Below are positions 1 through 10,439 of a stretch of 64,000 nt of DNA, piece by piece; within the stretch, counting starts at the first letter, position 1, and each line of letters opens with the position of its first letter. This DNA comes from an uncultured Verrucomicrobiae bacterium. GTDB lineage: Bacteria; Verrucomicrobiota; Verrucomicrobiia; Chthoniobacterales; UBA10450. Below the pieces are notes generated by a model. That model searched no databases, had not been told where the DNA came from, and worked only from the letters and a program-made list of their open reading frames with translations. Location of the stretch: contig CAVYXA010000001.1 of assembly GCA_963772365.1 (NCBI GenBank), positions 1,440,001 through 1,504,000 of the forward strand. The letters run 5' to 3'. A program made the translations under genes and the position numbers.

Positions 1-187
1 GCTTTTTCTTATCGTCCAGAACGCCCATCGAGTTGGTCAGCATGACCGTGCTCGTGCTTGGGGCAATATCCGGCGCCGGAGCCCTCGTAGCCGAAGGTAC
101 GGCTGGACTAGTGGCGTCCTGACCACGTCCCGCCGGTGACACAAAAATGAAAACGGCGGAGATCAGTGCATAAACACGAACTCTCAT
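1..187 (-). CDS. Polysaccharide biosynthesis/export (Wza-like) protein, N-terminal part; runs off the window
   Basis: Manual translation MRVRVYALISAVFIFVSPAGRGQDAT...TNSMGVLDDKKK. Signal-peptide-like start, GGGAG RBS, directly downstream of the beta-barrel gene. Confidence 0.55.
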   Translation of the reverse strand, partial: MRVRVYALISAVFIFVSPAGRGQDATSPAVPSATRAPAPDIAPSTSTVMLTNSMGVLDDKKK

Positions 188-209
188 TAAACTCCCAATC
201 TATCCCTGG

Positions 210-1571
210 TTAAAAACTATATGTGCCGTCGAGGGAAACACGGTTCTGGGTATAATCGCGGAACAAAAGATCGGAATCCTTCTGCGTGTATTGATAACGC
301 AGCCCAAGCGTGACGTGCGGCGTCAATTGATAACCGACTGTGATCGCGCCGCCATATCGGTGAAGATGCTCGCCGTTGAAGTCGCCCTGAAAAATTCCGG
401 CAAATCCACCCGATTCATCTGCATCTTCATAAAAGAATTCGGTCGAGAGAAGGGTATTGCGAATGACATTCCAGTTAATCGTGTAGCGTACATAGTTGAG
501 CTCGATGGCGTTAGAGTTAATGCCGAGCTGGTTTTCATGTCCTGCGCTCAGAGAATGGCTCACGTAGCCATTAATTTGGTGGGTGATCAGTCCGTTGACG
601 TAAAAATCTTCTACGTCACTCTTGTCGGGGACCATGATGATCCCGAAGGGCGGACCGAGATCGAACAGCACGAAGTTGTGATCGAAGTCGATCCATTGAT
701 ATCCTCCCGCCACACGCGCCCGGATGTTATTAGTTAATTGCGTCTCCAGAAATGCGCCTGCGCTATAGGTGTTGGAATCGTTTAGTATGTTGTCGTCAAA
801 AGAGGTAAAAACGGCCGTGCCTTCAACGCCAACGATCATCGTGTTGGTTAGATTCACGCCAGCCGATCCATAAACCTGCTCCGCCATTCGATTCAGATAA
901 TCGAACTCGTCCGTCGTGGACACGTAAGTGTAATGATCGTACCCGACGGTGACTAAAATCGCGTTCAGGTCCCACAGCACCGATAAACCCGCATAATTTT
1001 CGAGCCGGCCATAATCGGTGGTGTTGCTAAGGGCGAATTCCGCAATCGGGTCCTGTTGCACCGAGAGGCGATCGTGGATGTTGATTCGAAAATCACCCAC
1101 GAAAATGTCGAATGCCACCTGCGAGTTGGGGGCGATCAGGATGCCGTTTGTATTTGCCTCGGAATGGTCGAGATAAGCCGCATAGCTGAAGCCGAGGTCG
1201 AGGCGGAAGGTGTTGATCTCCGAGATCGGCCAGATTGCGTTCAGGGTGACTTGCGGCCGAATAATGACGTCATCTTGGGCGAACTGGTCGGGAGCGTAGT
1301 TAATATTGTCATTGTATTCGACACCGATGCTTGCACCGACCCGAAAACGCACAGGACCAACCAACAGATTGTAAGGGATTCGCTCAATATCCTGGCGCCG
1401 GGCCTCACTGGCTGATTCTCCCGCCAAAGAGGGCCGGACCGCGTCTTGCGCGCGCCCGACCGACGGAATCAGCAGAAGCGACAGCAGGAAAAGAAGGCCC
1501 AAACGCCGGAGAGGAGAAGGGCACGAAGAAGTGGGTTCACGGCACATAGACAGGTCAGACAGGTTTATCAT
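210..1571 (-). CDS. Outer-membrane beta-barrel protein, probably exopolysaccharide export associated
   Basis: Signal peptide, Tyr/Gly-rich amphipathic strands, C-terminal VSLDGTYSF ending in Phe; true start may be slightly downstream. Confidence 0.75.
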   Translation of the reverse strand: MINLSDLSMCREPTSSCPSPLRRLGLLFLLSLLLIPSVGRAQDAVRPSLAGESASEARRQDIERIPYNLLVGPVRFRVGASIGVEYNDNINYAPDQFAQDDVIIRPQVTLNAIWPISEINTFRLDLGFSYAAYLDHSEANTNGILIAPNSQVAFDIFVGDFRINIHDRLSVQQDPIAEFALSNTTDYGRLENYAGLSVLWDLNAILVTVGYDHYTYVSTTDEFDYLNRMAEQVYGSAGVNLTNTMIVGVEGTAVFTSFDDNILNDSNTYSAGAFLETQLTNNIRARVAGGYQWIDFDHNFVLFDLGPPFGIIMVPDKSDVEDFYVNGLITHQINGYVSHSLSAGHENQLGINSNAIELNYVRYTINWNVIRNTLLSTEFFYEDADESGGFAGIFQGDFNGEHLHRYGGAITVGYQLTPHVTLGLRYQYTQKDSDLLFRDYTQNRVSLDGTYSF

Positions 1572-1846
1572 AGCAGTTGTGATACCAAAGGAAATTCGCT
1601 GGGCGAAGAAGCCTTTCTACACGACATCTGTATTTGCAATAGCTTGCCACACTGGTTTTCGCCCTCTTTCAATCTTTTACTAGAAAACAGGGCAGCCCAG
1701 CAAGCGAAATCGATTCAAAAGTTTCACCCTTGCCGGCAGCAGAATTTGGCATTCGATAAGCCGCCCGCCAAGCCGCGTTTTGGACCAATGGACAGAGCGG
1801 AAGGAAAGTGTGCTGACTGGCCCGCTCTAAGCTTTCATCAGCTCAC

Positions 1847-2422
1847 ATGAATCCGTGTCGATCCTCTTTCCCGGAGTTGATCACTTTATTCGGCTGTGGC
1901 CTGTTTTGCGTCCTCCTTCAAAGTGACCTCTCTGCTTCTACCGGTGACGCCGCTGAAAGAGATCGGGGCGCTTTAGGATCAACCGAGTCCCACACCCAGG
2001 TCGAATGCATAATGCCAGATGGGCGCCTCGTGCGGGTTTCGCAAGCCGATCAGAATGCGCCTGCGACGGTGAAAGACGATGCGATCAGCTGTGCTTTGCG
2101 TGAGGGCGAAACGGTTTTCATCATTGCCTTCCCCAGAACCGGAGTTCTCGACCGACTTACGTTCGTAAATAAAAATTCCGCAGCCTGCGGCGAACTGAAA
2201 ATTGCGGTATCCAATTATCACCTTCGCGCGGACAGCCCGGCATGGACCGATGTCGACGGAGCGATCTCATTCGCTCGCAAGCGGCTCTTTAATCTTTCGA
2301 TGATCGGCGTCGAAGCCAAGTACGTGAAATTATCCTTTCACGTTCAGAAGTCGGAGAAAATGACAGGCATCAGCATTGATCCTCGTCGTCTGCGCCTGGC
2401 CGCTACCGTCGCGGCAAACTGA
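1847..2422 (+). CDS. Hypothetical exported protein, possibly a beta-sandwich (discoidin-like) domain
   Basis: 191-aa ORF filling an intergenic gap; hydrophobic N-terminus; VEAKYVKLSF strand recalls discoidin folds. Confidence 0.45.
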   Translation: MNPCRSSFPELITLFGCGLFCVLLQSDLSASTGDAAERDRGALGSTESHTQVECIMPDGRLVRVSQADQNAPATVKDDAISCALREGETVFIIAFPRTGVLDRLTFVNKNSAACGELKIAVSNYHLRADSPAWTDVDGAISFARKRLFNLSMIGVEAKYVKLSFHVQKSEKMTGISIDPRRLRLAATVAAN

Positions 2423-2568
2423 CAACGAGCAGCCCCGGATAGCGGCTTGGCAACGCGCCACGGTTCAATCTCCGTCAGGATTTCATAACAACTTTCCCTT
2501 TTCCCGTCGATGCAGCAGGGGCATGGAACTAGCTATTTTGATCGAGGGCTCCGAAACGTCGCGACGAC

Positions 2569-4234
2569 ATGCTATCGACTAATGGGAATCAAGGAGAAAG
2601 TGCGATAGCGGGAGTGGTCGAGAGCGGCGGATCGAGTCAAATCTGCGACAAATCCACGAACCATGAAAACCAGACTGCGTTGCTACTGCAAGATCCTGCG
2701 CGGCAAACTGCGAACTATTTTGAACTTATTGCCCGGGCTACAAACGATGCAGTTCGGGATTGGAATGTAAGAACTGGCACACTTTCCTGGCCACAAGGTT
2801 TGGCAACGTTGCTCGGTTACGAAACACATTCTGGCAACGGCACAATCAATTTCTGGCACGACCGAATTCATCTTGAAGATCGGTCGCGCGTCACAAGGAG
2901 CATTCAAGTTGCTCTAGCTGCAACGGATGAGCATTGGAGCGGGGAGTATCGCTTCCGGCGAGCAGACGGGCAATACCTCCAATTGCTGGAGCGTGCTCTG
3001 ATCGAACGCAATGCCGACGGACAAGCAATTCGTTTCACCGGTTCCCTTATGGACATCACTGCCCGCAGACAACTTCGCGACCAGCTTTGTCGCTCCCAAA
3101 GGATGGAAGCGTTCGGTCAGCTTGCCGGTGGGCTGGCACACGACTTTAATAATTTTCTTACCACGATACTTGGCTACAGCGATCTGGCGCTGACGGAGCC
3201 GGGCGTCAAAGGAATAGTAGCCGACCATGTTGTCGAGATTCGTAAAGCTGCCAATCGCGCTTCCGATTTAGCCAGTCAATTGCTCGCTTTCAGCCGGAAG
3301 CGGGCTCTCGAGCCGCAGGTGGTCCAAGTGAACTCTTTGATTACCAATCTTGAACGCTCGCTCCTAAGACTGCTCGGCGAAAATATTTCGGTGGTGTGCG
3401 AACTGCATCACGACAAAGAAGGCGGACATGTTCGTGTGGATCCTGGCCAAATCACCCAAATCATCCTAAACCTCGCGGTAAACGCGCGCGACGCAATGCC
3501 AGGAGGAGGCCGGCTGACTATCAGAACGACAATCGTCGATCTTACGGTCGAACATCCCCCCCCTTTTTTCTGCAATGATTTTGTTCCGGGCACTTACGTC
3601 TTGATTAGCGTGAGTGACACCGGCACCGGGATGACTCAGGAAGCGAAGTTGCATTTGTTCGAACCGTTCTTCACGACCAAAGACCATCACAGCGGGTTGG
3701 GACTCGCGAGCAGCTACGGAATCGTCCATCAAAGTGGAGGCCACATCCTATTCGAGAGTGAGCCCGATAAAGGCACCACGGCACAGATTTATCTTCCAAA
3801 AGTCCCGGCGCCTCCCCCCGTGTTTACTTACAACAAACCGGGAGTGAAGAAGCTTGCGACCGGAAACGAAACAATCCTCGTGCTCGAAGATGATGTCAGC
3901 GTGCGTCACATTTCAGTGCGTGTGTTGCGAAAACTTGGCTATCAGGTGATCGAAGCGGCAAACGGAGACGACGCCCAGCGGATGATCACCGAAAGCGCGG
4001 GACGCAAAGTTCACCTTTTGCTTACCGATGTGGTGATGCCTCAAATGAGCGGCCGATACTTTGCGGATTGGCTAAGAAAAATCAGCCCTCACACGAAAGT
4101 AGTCTTCGTCTCCGGTTATCTGGCCGATTCGCTCCATCCCGGAGACAGGATCGACAACGGAATGTTCTTTCTCCCCAAGCCGTTCGATCCGGAGCAACTC
4201 GCCAGTACCGATTCGCCAGGCGCTCGACTCTTAG
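2569..4234 (+). CDS. Hybrid sensor histidine kinase (PAS-HisKA-HATPase-REC)
   Basis: AHDFNN H-box, NLAVNARDAM N-box, FEPFFTTK, GLGL, REC with LLLTDVVMP and KPF. Removing one base near 4209 gives the natural end ASTIRQALDS* at 4234 (ORF track reads on to 4344). Confidence 0.9.
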
Positions 4235-5743
4235 AGTTCCGGCTTTTCGATCAGGTGCAGTCCGGATTGCGCCGAGACTCAACCTGGGCAACCACGGCAG
4301 AAGCGATGAGAACGAGACATAAAGAAATCCGGCCTGAAACATGAGTAAAAATGGCAGCGAAAGAAATTGTCGATGCTCGAGGGCAAACCAGACGAAATAA
4401 GTAAAATAAATCGCGAACGCCATCTCAGCTACCGGCAGAAGGGATTTTAACGGCTTGTATTTGCACCCACGCCACAGCTGTTCTTTGCGCTCGATGCCGT
4501 ACTTCGGTGTGCGCGTAAATTCCGACTTGTGATTGCAGATTGCCTCGAGCACCGCGCGGGCATTGTTCAGGGACAGACCAATACCAAGAGCAAGCAAACA
4601 GGGGAGAAATAGAATTTCCTTCATCCATGTGTGCGGGTGAAGTTCGCGTTGCGCGCAGACGTAAAAAACTCCCACCGAAACCGAGGCAGCAAAAAAGATC
4701 GGGATATCAATTAGAATAGTTCTTGTCCATCCGGGCTGCGGTCCTCCGATCGAAGGATGCAGCAGCACACATAGGCAGGCGAGCAGAAGATAGGCAAAAT
4801 TCGACATTAAGTGCCCGGTTGCTTCGAGCTTAATGGCAAAAGGAAGTCTGCTCCGCCAAATCCGAGGCAGCAGTTTTTTACAAGTTTGAACCGATCCTTT
4901 TGTCCAGCGATGCTGTTGGGACTTGAACCCGTTCATATCGACCGGCAACTCCGCGGGAGTCACGACATCGGCAAGGAAAATGAATTTCCAACCGTCCAGT
5001 TGGGCGCGGTAGCTCAAATCCAAGTCTTCTGTGAGCGTGTCGTGCTGCCAACCGCCAGCATTCTGGATGCACGATTTTCTCCAAAGCCCGGCGGTGCCGT
5101 TGAAGTTGAAAAAACGGCCGCTCCGGCTGCGGGCAGTTTGCTCCAGCAGCAGGTGACCATCCAAAAACATTGCCTGGACACGGGTCAAAAGCGAGTAGCC
5201 GCGATTGAGATGTCCCCAGCGTGTCTGAATCATGCCTACTTTCGGGTCGGTGAAAAAATCGATGGTGCGTCTGAGCAGGTCGGAAGTCGGGACAAAATCG
5301 GCGTCGAGTATGCAAACGAACTCGCCTTCGGCCGACTCGAGGCCGATGGCCAGAGCTCCAGCTTTAAAACCGGTCCGATCGACGCGATGGATTAGATCGA
5401 CATTGAACCCGCGCTCTCGCAGTTCCGCCGCGCAAGAAGCTGTCATCTGATGGGTTTCGTCGGTGGAATCATCCAGCACCTGGATTTGAAGGAGCTCCCG
5501 CGGATAATCGAGTTCGCTTACGGAGCGAAGCAGGCGTTCGGCCACGTAAACTTCATTAAAAATCGGCAGCTGCACCGTCACTTTGGGCAGCCGTTCGAAC
5601 TGATGCAGCGGTTGCGGCGCGCGCCCCTTATTCTTTAGGAACAGATAGATAATGAAATACCGATGCAGACCGTAGGCAGAGAGGCCCGTCAGCACGCTCA
5701 AATAACAAATTGTCCAGATAAGATGGCCGAGGCTTCCTTGCAT
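4082..5743 (-). CDS. Family 2 membrane glycosyltransferase (cellulose-synthase-like)
   Basis: DDSTD, GFKAGAL, DADF, TEDLD and QQHRW (QxxRW) motifs with C-terminal TM helices. Real 3' end probably near 4251. Confidence 0.88.
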   Translation of the reverse strand: MQGSLGHLIWTICYLSVLTGLSAYGLHRYFIIYLFLKNKGRAPQPLHQFERLPKVTVQLPIFNEVYVAERLLRSVSELDYPRELLQIQVLDDSTDETHQMTASCAAELRERGFNVDLIHRVDRTGFKAGALAIGLESAEGEFVCILDADFVPTSDLLRRTIDFFTDPKVGMIQTRWGHLNRGYSLLTRVQAMFLDGHLLLEQTARSRSGRFFNFNGTAGLWRKSCIQNAGGWQHDTLTEDLDLSYRAQLDGWKFIFLADVVTPAELPVDMNGFKSQQHRWTKGSVQTCKKLLPRIWRSRLPFAIKLEATGHLMSNFAYLLLACLCVLLHPSIGGPQPGWTRTILIDIPIFFAASVSVGVFYVCAQRELHPHTWMKEILFLPCLLALGIGLSLNNARAVLEAICNHKSEFTRTPKYGIERKEQLWRGCKYKPLKSLLPVAEMAFAIYFTYFVWFALEHRQFLSLPFLLMFQAGFLYVSFSSLLPWLPRLSLGAIRTAPDRKAGTLRVERLANRYWRVAPDRTAWGERTFRCRSCLRDGANRPDNRRRRLLSCEG

Positions 5744-5867
5744 TAGGTTTCAAGCGGTGCCTGTTCAGATACAGCGCGAATGATGACGCTTCCCTAGTGG
5801 GCGTCAATTCAAAAAAAGGGGCGGTCAGCTTTCGCGATAGTGTTGACGGTTTGTCAGTTGGAAGCAG

Positions 5868-5969
5868 ACCCTCACCTCAATCCTCTCCCTGGCAGGGAGA
5901 GGATGACATAGGGCGCGGGTGCCTTGGGAATCGGGGTCGGGGGCCGTACGCGAAGCGCCAGGTTAGGGT
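5868..5969. repeat. Palindromic intergenic element (CCCTCACC...CCTCTCCC/GGGAGAGG family)
   Basis: Outer arms accctcacct / aggttagggt and inner hairpin atcctctccct-ggc-agggagaggat; related to the insert in cysS. Confidence 0.7.
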
Positions 5970-6135
5970 TGTGGAATTCGCCTCCCCGAACGGACAATGA
6001 ACACACACTACCAGCTTTCGCCGTGCTCCAAAGTCGGCTGGCTTACGTTGTCGATCCTGCATGATCCCATTCTGCCCTTGCCTGTGACGAGGGACGGGTT
6101 GATTGGTGAAAAGCGAATTTCCTCGGTCGGACGGA

Positions 6136-8622
6136 ATGCAACTGCCAGATATATTTCGAAAACGGAGGCGCGACCGCTTCGAACGTTTCAACATCGGCTT
6201 CCTGATTCTCTTGGCTGGATGGGTCCCATCGATCCTGACCCTCGTTGTCTCCTACACTATCCTGAGCAACACGCTGGAATCAAAAATCCTCCGCGACCGC
6301 CAGACTTTCGTGCAATTGATCGCGCATCTGATCGGTGACGATCTCGATCGAACCAGTGGGATCATCGAATATTATCAAACCCTGCCCGGCATCGTCACAA
6401 TGTTAACGATGCCCAATCCGCAGTCTGCCGCTCAACAATGGCTTGGGTCAGCTTATTACTCGCAACCGCGGATTGACGGGATGTTTGTGACAACGAGCGA
6501 CGGTCGTCTCATTGCTTCCGTTCCGGAAATACCCGAGATGATCGGGAAGGATTTCCAATCCGGATTTTGGCGTGAGCAGGCGAATTCCACCCGGGATGTC
6601 TTTGTCTCTGCGGTTCATCATCGTTTACCTGATCAACGGCTTGCTACGGACATTGTGGGGGCCGTTCGTCAGCCGGACGGCACGATCGTCGGCTACATTG
6701 GTGTGTCAGTTCTGGTGGAGAGAATGGGCCGCAGGCTTTCGAGCATCGAATTCACCGATAATTTATTGTGCGAGGTGTTCGATCAAAATGGCATTCCTTT
6801 GTTTGATCGCGATTTCAAACCAAACTCAAACGCTCTCCGACCAACCGGCGGAACTTTGATGGATGAAATCCGCACGAGAAAGACCGGGCATCTTGAGAAA
6901 TACGACAATGTCTACTCGTTTAGCCCAATCGAATCGACTGGGTGGGCAGTGGTGATTCAGCAGCCCATGGCTGTCGCTTATAAACCCGTTCACGATCTGC
7001 TAGGCAAAATGAATTACCTCGTAGGATGGCTCGTGGTCGGGACCGCCATCGGAGCCTGGGGCGCAAGTCGGCTTTACCAAAGACAAACCGAAGCTACCCG
7101 GCGGGTCGAAAGGGAGGTGATTTTCAACGAAAATATTCTGGCAAACATGCCAAGCGGTATCGCTTTCGTCGATCCTGTGTCGCGCCGCTTTCTTCAGGCG
7201 AATGAAGCCTTCGGGCAAATGGCACAGCGATTTGGGCAGCTACCGGCGGGACGAGAAATCAAGAAGGCAAACTTCGACGAAATCACAATCGCTCCGGCCG
7301 GTGCAATCGAAGGAGTGCTCGCTTCGGGAATACCATTTCACCTGGCCGAGCATTCAATCAAAGACGAAGCCGGAATGACCCACTTCGTGGATATCAGTCT
7401 GATCCGGCTGGAAGGTTCGAAGCAGAATGTGCAGGGTGTGCTCTATATCGTGGAAGATAAGACGCGCGATGTGGCATTGCGGCAGGAACTGATCGCCGCT
7501 AATGCAGCCAAGGATCAATTCTTGGCGTTGCTCTCCCACGAATTGCGCAACCCGCTTTCACCGGTGATTGCCATGGTGAGCGAGTTGGAAGCAACTGTTT
7601 CGGATTCATCGCGGGTCCGGCACGCGCTCGATGTGATTCGCCGCAATGTTGAACTGGAAGCGCGCCTGATCGACGATCTACTCGACGTTACCCGCATCGC
7701 CAAAGGCAAGTTGCAATTGACCTTTGAGCTGGTCAGTGTGCATGAGACTCTGCAGCGCGCCTTCGAAATTTGTGGTGAAGATATCGCCGCCAAGAAGCTC
7801 GAAACAGAATTCCGATTTCGCGCTGAGTCAGATTATGTCCGGGGAGATCCTGCTCGCTTGCAGCAGATTTTTTGGAACCTCATCAAGAACAGCGTGAAGT
7901 TCACGCCGGAAGAGGGAAGCATCACCATTGAAACGCGCAACCCCGTGGCGGGCGAGATTGAGATCCGAATTAGTGATAATGGGATCGGAATCGAGTCGGA
8001 GAAGATCGACAAGATCTTCAACGCCTTCGAGCAAGGTCAAAGCTCGATCACCCGTCGGTTCGGCGGGCTCGGCCTGGGCCTGGCAATTTCAAAAGCCATG
8101 GTCGATGCTCATGGTGGAAAAATTCGAGTAGAAAGTCCCGGAAAAGATCAGGGGGCAACCTTCGCCATCACTCTCAATACAGCGCCGGCCCCCCCGGGCA
8201 TCGATCGCGACGGAGGAGGCGATGGAGAAATCGCCGCCCCAGCGGACAAAGAACAACTTAATCGCAAAAAAGCTCGGCTGCTGGTTGTCGATGATCACCA
8301 GGACACTTGTATGGGGATGAAAATGATGCTGGAGCGCCGCGGTTACAACATCACCGTCGCCCATTCCGCAGAGCAGGCTGTCGAAACGGCGCGCGGAAAA
8401 GAATTCGATCTCTTGATCAGTGACATTGGACTTCCCGATCGAAGCGGTTACGAACTCATGCGCGAATTGCGGAACAGCAAGGGGCTAAGAGGAATTGCCC
8501 TGAGCGGATTCGGAATGGAGCACGACGTCAAGAAAGCCCAGGCTGCCGGTTTTTCAGAACACTTGACGAAGCCAATTAATTTCGAGCGGCTCGAAGAAGC
8601 GATTGAGAACCTGTTGATCTGA
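6136..8622 (+). CDS. Hybrid sensor histidine kinase (TM-Cache-TM-PAS-HisKA-HATPase-REC)
   Basis: Two TM segments flanking a periplasmic domain; LSHELRNPL, NSVKFTP, GGLGLGLAI; REC LLISDIGLP and KPI. Confidence 0.9.
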   Translation: MQLPDIFRKRRRDRFERFNIGFLILLAGWVPSILTLVVSYTILSNTLESKILRDRQTFVQLIAHLIGDDLDRTSGIIEYYQTLPGIVTMLTMPNPQSAAQQWLGSAYYSQPRIDGMFVTTSDGRLIASVPEIPEMIGKDFQSGFWREQANSTRDVFVSAVHHRLPDQRLATDIVGAVRQPDGTIVGYIGVSVLVERMGRRLSSIEFTDNLLCEVFDQNGIPLFDRDFKPNSNALRPTGGTLMDEIRTRKTGHLEKYDNVYSFSPIESTGWAVVIQQPMAVAYKPVHDLLGKMNYLVGWLVVGTAIGAWGASRLYQRQTEATRRVEREVIFNENILANMPSGIAFVDPVSRRFLQANEAFGQMAQRFGQLPAGREIKKANFDEITIAPAGAIEGVLASGIPFHLAEHSIKDEAGMTHFVDISLIRLEGSKQNVQGVLYIVEDKTRDVALRQELIAANAAKDQFLALLSHELRNPLSPVIAMVSELEATVSDSSRVRHALDVIRRNVELEARLIDDLLDVTRIAKGKLQLTFELVSVHETLQRAFEICGEDIAAKKLETEFRFRAESDYVRGDPARLQQIFWNLIKNSVKFTPEEGSITIETRNPVAGEIEIRISDNGIGIESEKIDKIFNAFEQGQSSITRRFGGLGLGLAISKAMVDAHGGKIRVESPGKDQGATFAITLNTAPAPPGIDRDGGGDGEIAAPADKEQLNRKKARLLVVDDHQDTCMGMKMMLERRGYNITVAHSAEQAVETARGKEFDLLISDIGLPDRSGYELMRELRNSKGLRGIALSGFGMEHDVKKAQAAGFSEHLTKPINFERLEEAIENLLI

Positions 8623-8644
8623 GCCGGAACGCTGAAAACGAAAG

Positions 8645-8998
8645 CTAATGGTTGCCGCTTGCTGCCGTAGCAGTTGCTCTACGCTGCTCAGCCTCTTTCA
8701 GCTCCCGGGAAAGCTTCTCCACCCGTTGCCGCATCACTTTGCCAGCCTTGAACTTTACTGTCGCCCGCGGCGGAATCACAAAACTGCTCCCGGGCTGGTT
8801 CGGATTGCGGCCAACACGCGGCTTGGTTAATCGCGGCTGAAATATCCCAAAGTTCCGTAGCTCCACCGGGACGTTGTTAGCCAAACTGTCCGTGATTTTG
8901 TCCAGCGTCCGTTGGACCACATCGAACACCTGGTGTTGCACCATTCCGGTCTGATTGCTGATCGCGACCACGATGTCGCGTTTGGTCAATTTTGCCAT
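8645..8998 (-). CDS. HU/IHF-family DNA-binding protein
   Basis: LTKRDIV...VELRNFGIF...GRNP...VKFKAGK signature. Confidence 0.92.
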   Translation of the reverse strand: MAKLTKRDIVVAISNQTGMVQHQVFDVVQRTLDKITDSLANNVPVELRNFGIFQPRLTKPRVGRNPNQPGSSFVIPPRATVKFKAGKVMRQRVEKLSRELKEAEQRRATATAASGNH

Positions 8999-9205
8999 AA
9001 CTCTATTCTAGTATTCGGCGGCCGGGTTCATTGCGGCGGTCAAAATAAACAGAAAAATCCGACCTTCTCTTTACCGTGTAACCTCTTGCCGAAGAAGCGC
9101 AAATGCAATTTGCGGAGCGCTTTGAGAACCCAATGTTCGGGCGGTGTCGCCAAATCGCCCGTTGGAAGAAGCCGTGCTGCGTCTCGTGGAATCGTAAACG
9201 AAAAA

Positions 9206-9640
9206 TCAGCAGGCTGGCGTCAATCGGCCAAGCAAACGAGCCAGATAGTAACCGAGAATGGTTTTTCCCGCTAAAACTTTGCGGCGTGCTTTCAATTGTC
9301 CTTGGACTACGCCCAATTTCGTAAACACGGTGTTCCATTCAGTTTCCATCCGGCGGACTTCATCATTAGTCAGATCGCGCACGCCGCGCACAGATGACGC
9401 GCGCCCCAATACATTCATAACTTTTCCGGAGAGTTCGGAAACGACATTGAGTGTCTTGAACACGTATTCGGTTTCCTGCAAAAGACTGGAACGAATCTCT
9501 GTGAACTGCCGTTCCTGTTCGCTGGAGATGATTGGTTTGGCCTTATCGAGACCATAGGTGATCAGGTCATGCAATTTCGTCCAGTTCTCCAGTTGAATAC
9601 TCAGGAGCCGGAGCCTTGTTTCGAGTTCCTTGTCCTTCAT
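9206..9640 (-). CDS. Hypothetical helical protein
   Basis: 144-aa ORF overlapping the upstream stop by 4 nt; protein-like composition. Confidence 0.7.
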   Translation of the reverse strand: MKDKELETRLRLLSIQLENWTKLHDLITYGLDKAKPIISSEQERQFTEIRSSLLQETEYVFKTLNVVSELSGKVMNVLGRASSVRGVRDLTNDEVRRMETEWNTVFTKLGVVQGQLKARRKVLAGKTILGYYLARLLGRLTPAC

Positions 9641-10380
9641 TCGGAGCGAGTGGATACGCTTACGAGCTCGAGGGTCTCATCGAGTTTTTGCAAATTCTCG
9701 ATCAACAGGTGCGCCCACGGACGGTCGACAGTCTGCACCTGGCTAATGATCCCTTCTTCAAAATAGAACCGCCCCTGCCGCCACCGGAAAATCTCGGCCA
9801 CCGCCGCCTCGCCTTCCAACGCACCAAACAGAGCGTGCCGCACCGCTCCATGCTGCAAAAAAATCTCACTGCTGCCCCTGCTCGATTTGAACGTAAAGCG
9901 TCCGCTGCGCTGGCTTAGGCAGCTCATTTGCAGAATTTCGGCAGCCGTGAACTGATTCAGGTTACCAATCAAGGAATGACACGGGTCGATCCCTTCGGAT
10001 GGATCACCGGAAGGCGTTCCCAAGGATTGGGCAAAGCGGTTCAATTCTGCTTCCAGCTGGCGATTGGTTTGATTGCTCAGAATCATAGCAATGTTCTGCA
10101 GCTCTGCTTCCTTCTGGATCCTTTCATCGGTCCAGCCTGGAACAAGACAGGCAATCTTGAGCGAGGGAAAATGCTGCCTGGCGTTTGTCGCCTGTTCCAG
10201 CGCCAGGGCAGACTCCCCTTCCACCACAAAAGCATCGAAATTCTCCTGGAGCAGGACTGTCACCGCCTCGGCGAGGGTTCGAACAGTGCGCAATTCCAAA
10301 TCGTCGATGGCATCAAAAAAGGACAGGGCGTTATCTTCGAAGACTGGATCCGCATTTAGAATAAGCAGCCTGTTTTCCAT
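9637..10380 (-). CDS. Degenerate receiver domain plus DUF4388 domain protein
   Basis: C-terminal GNLNQFTAAEILQM...SGRF...GAVRHA...GEAAVAEIFRWRQGRFYF fits DUF4388; N-terminus is REC-like; GGAGG RBS. Confidence 0.8.
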   Translation of the reverse strand: MENRLLILNADPVFEDNALSFFDAIDDLELRTVRTLAEAVTVLLQENFDAFVVEGESALALEQATNARQHFPSLKIACLVPGWTDERIQKEAELQNIAMILSNQTNRQLEAELNRFAQSLGTPSGDPSEGIDPCHSLIGNLNQFTAAEILQMSCLSQRSGRFTFKSSRGSSEIFLQHGAVRHALFGALEGEAAVAEIFRWRQGRFYFEEGIISQVQTVDRPWAHLLIENLQKLDETLELVSVSTRSE

Positions 10381-10439
10381 AATCCCCCAAAATCCTCCAG
10401 CTTTTTAGAGCAGATTCCTTGCCCGAATTTGGCCGATTC

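Noticed and set aside
1747..2533. GG-N10-GC boxes at 1747-1761 and 2519-2533 as sigma-54 promoters
   Set aside because: The -12 elements (AAGC, TAGC) deviate from TTGC and no enhancer sites were evident; too weak to call.
4082..4344. Apparent 260-bp convergent overlap of kinase and glycosyltransferase
   Set aside because: One-base corrections give natural stops near 4234 and 4251; the extended tails do not look protein-like.
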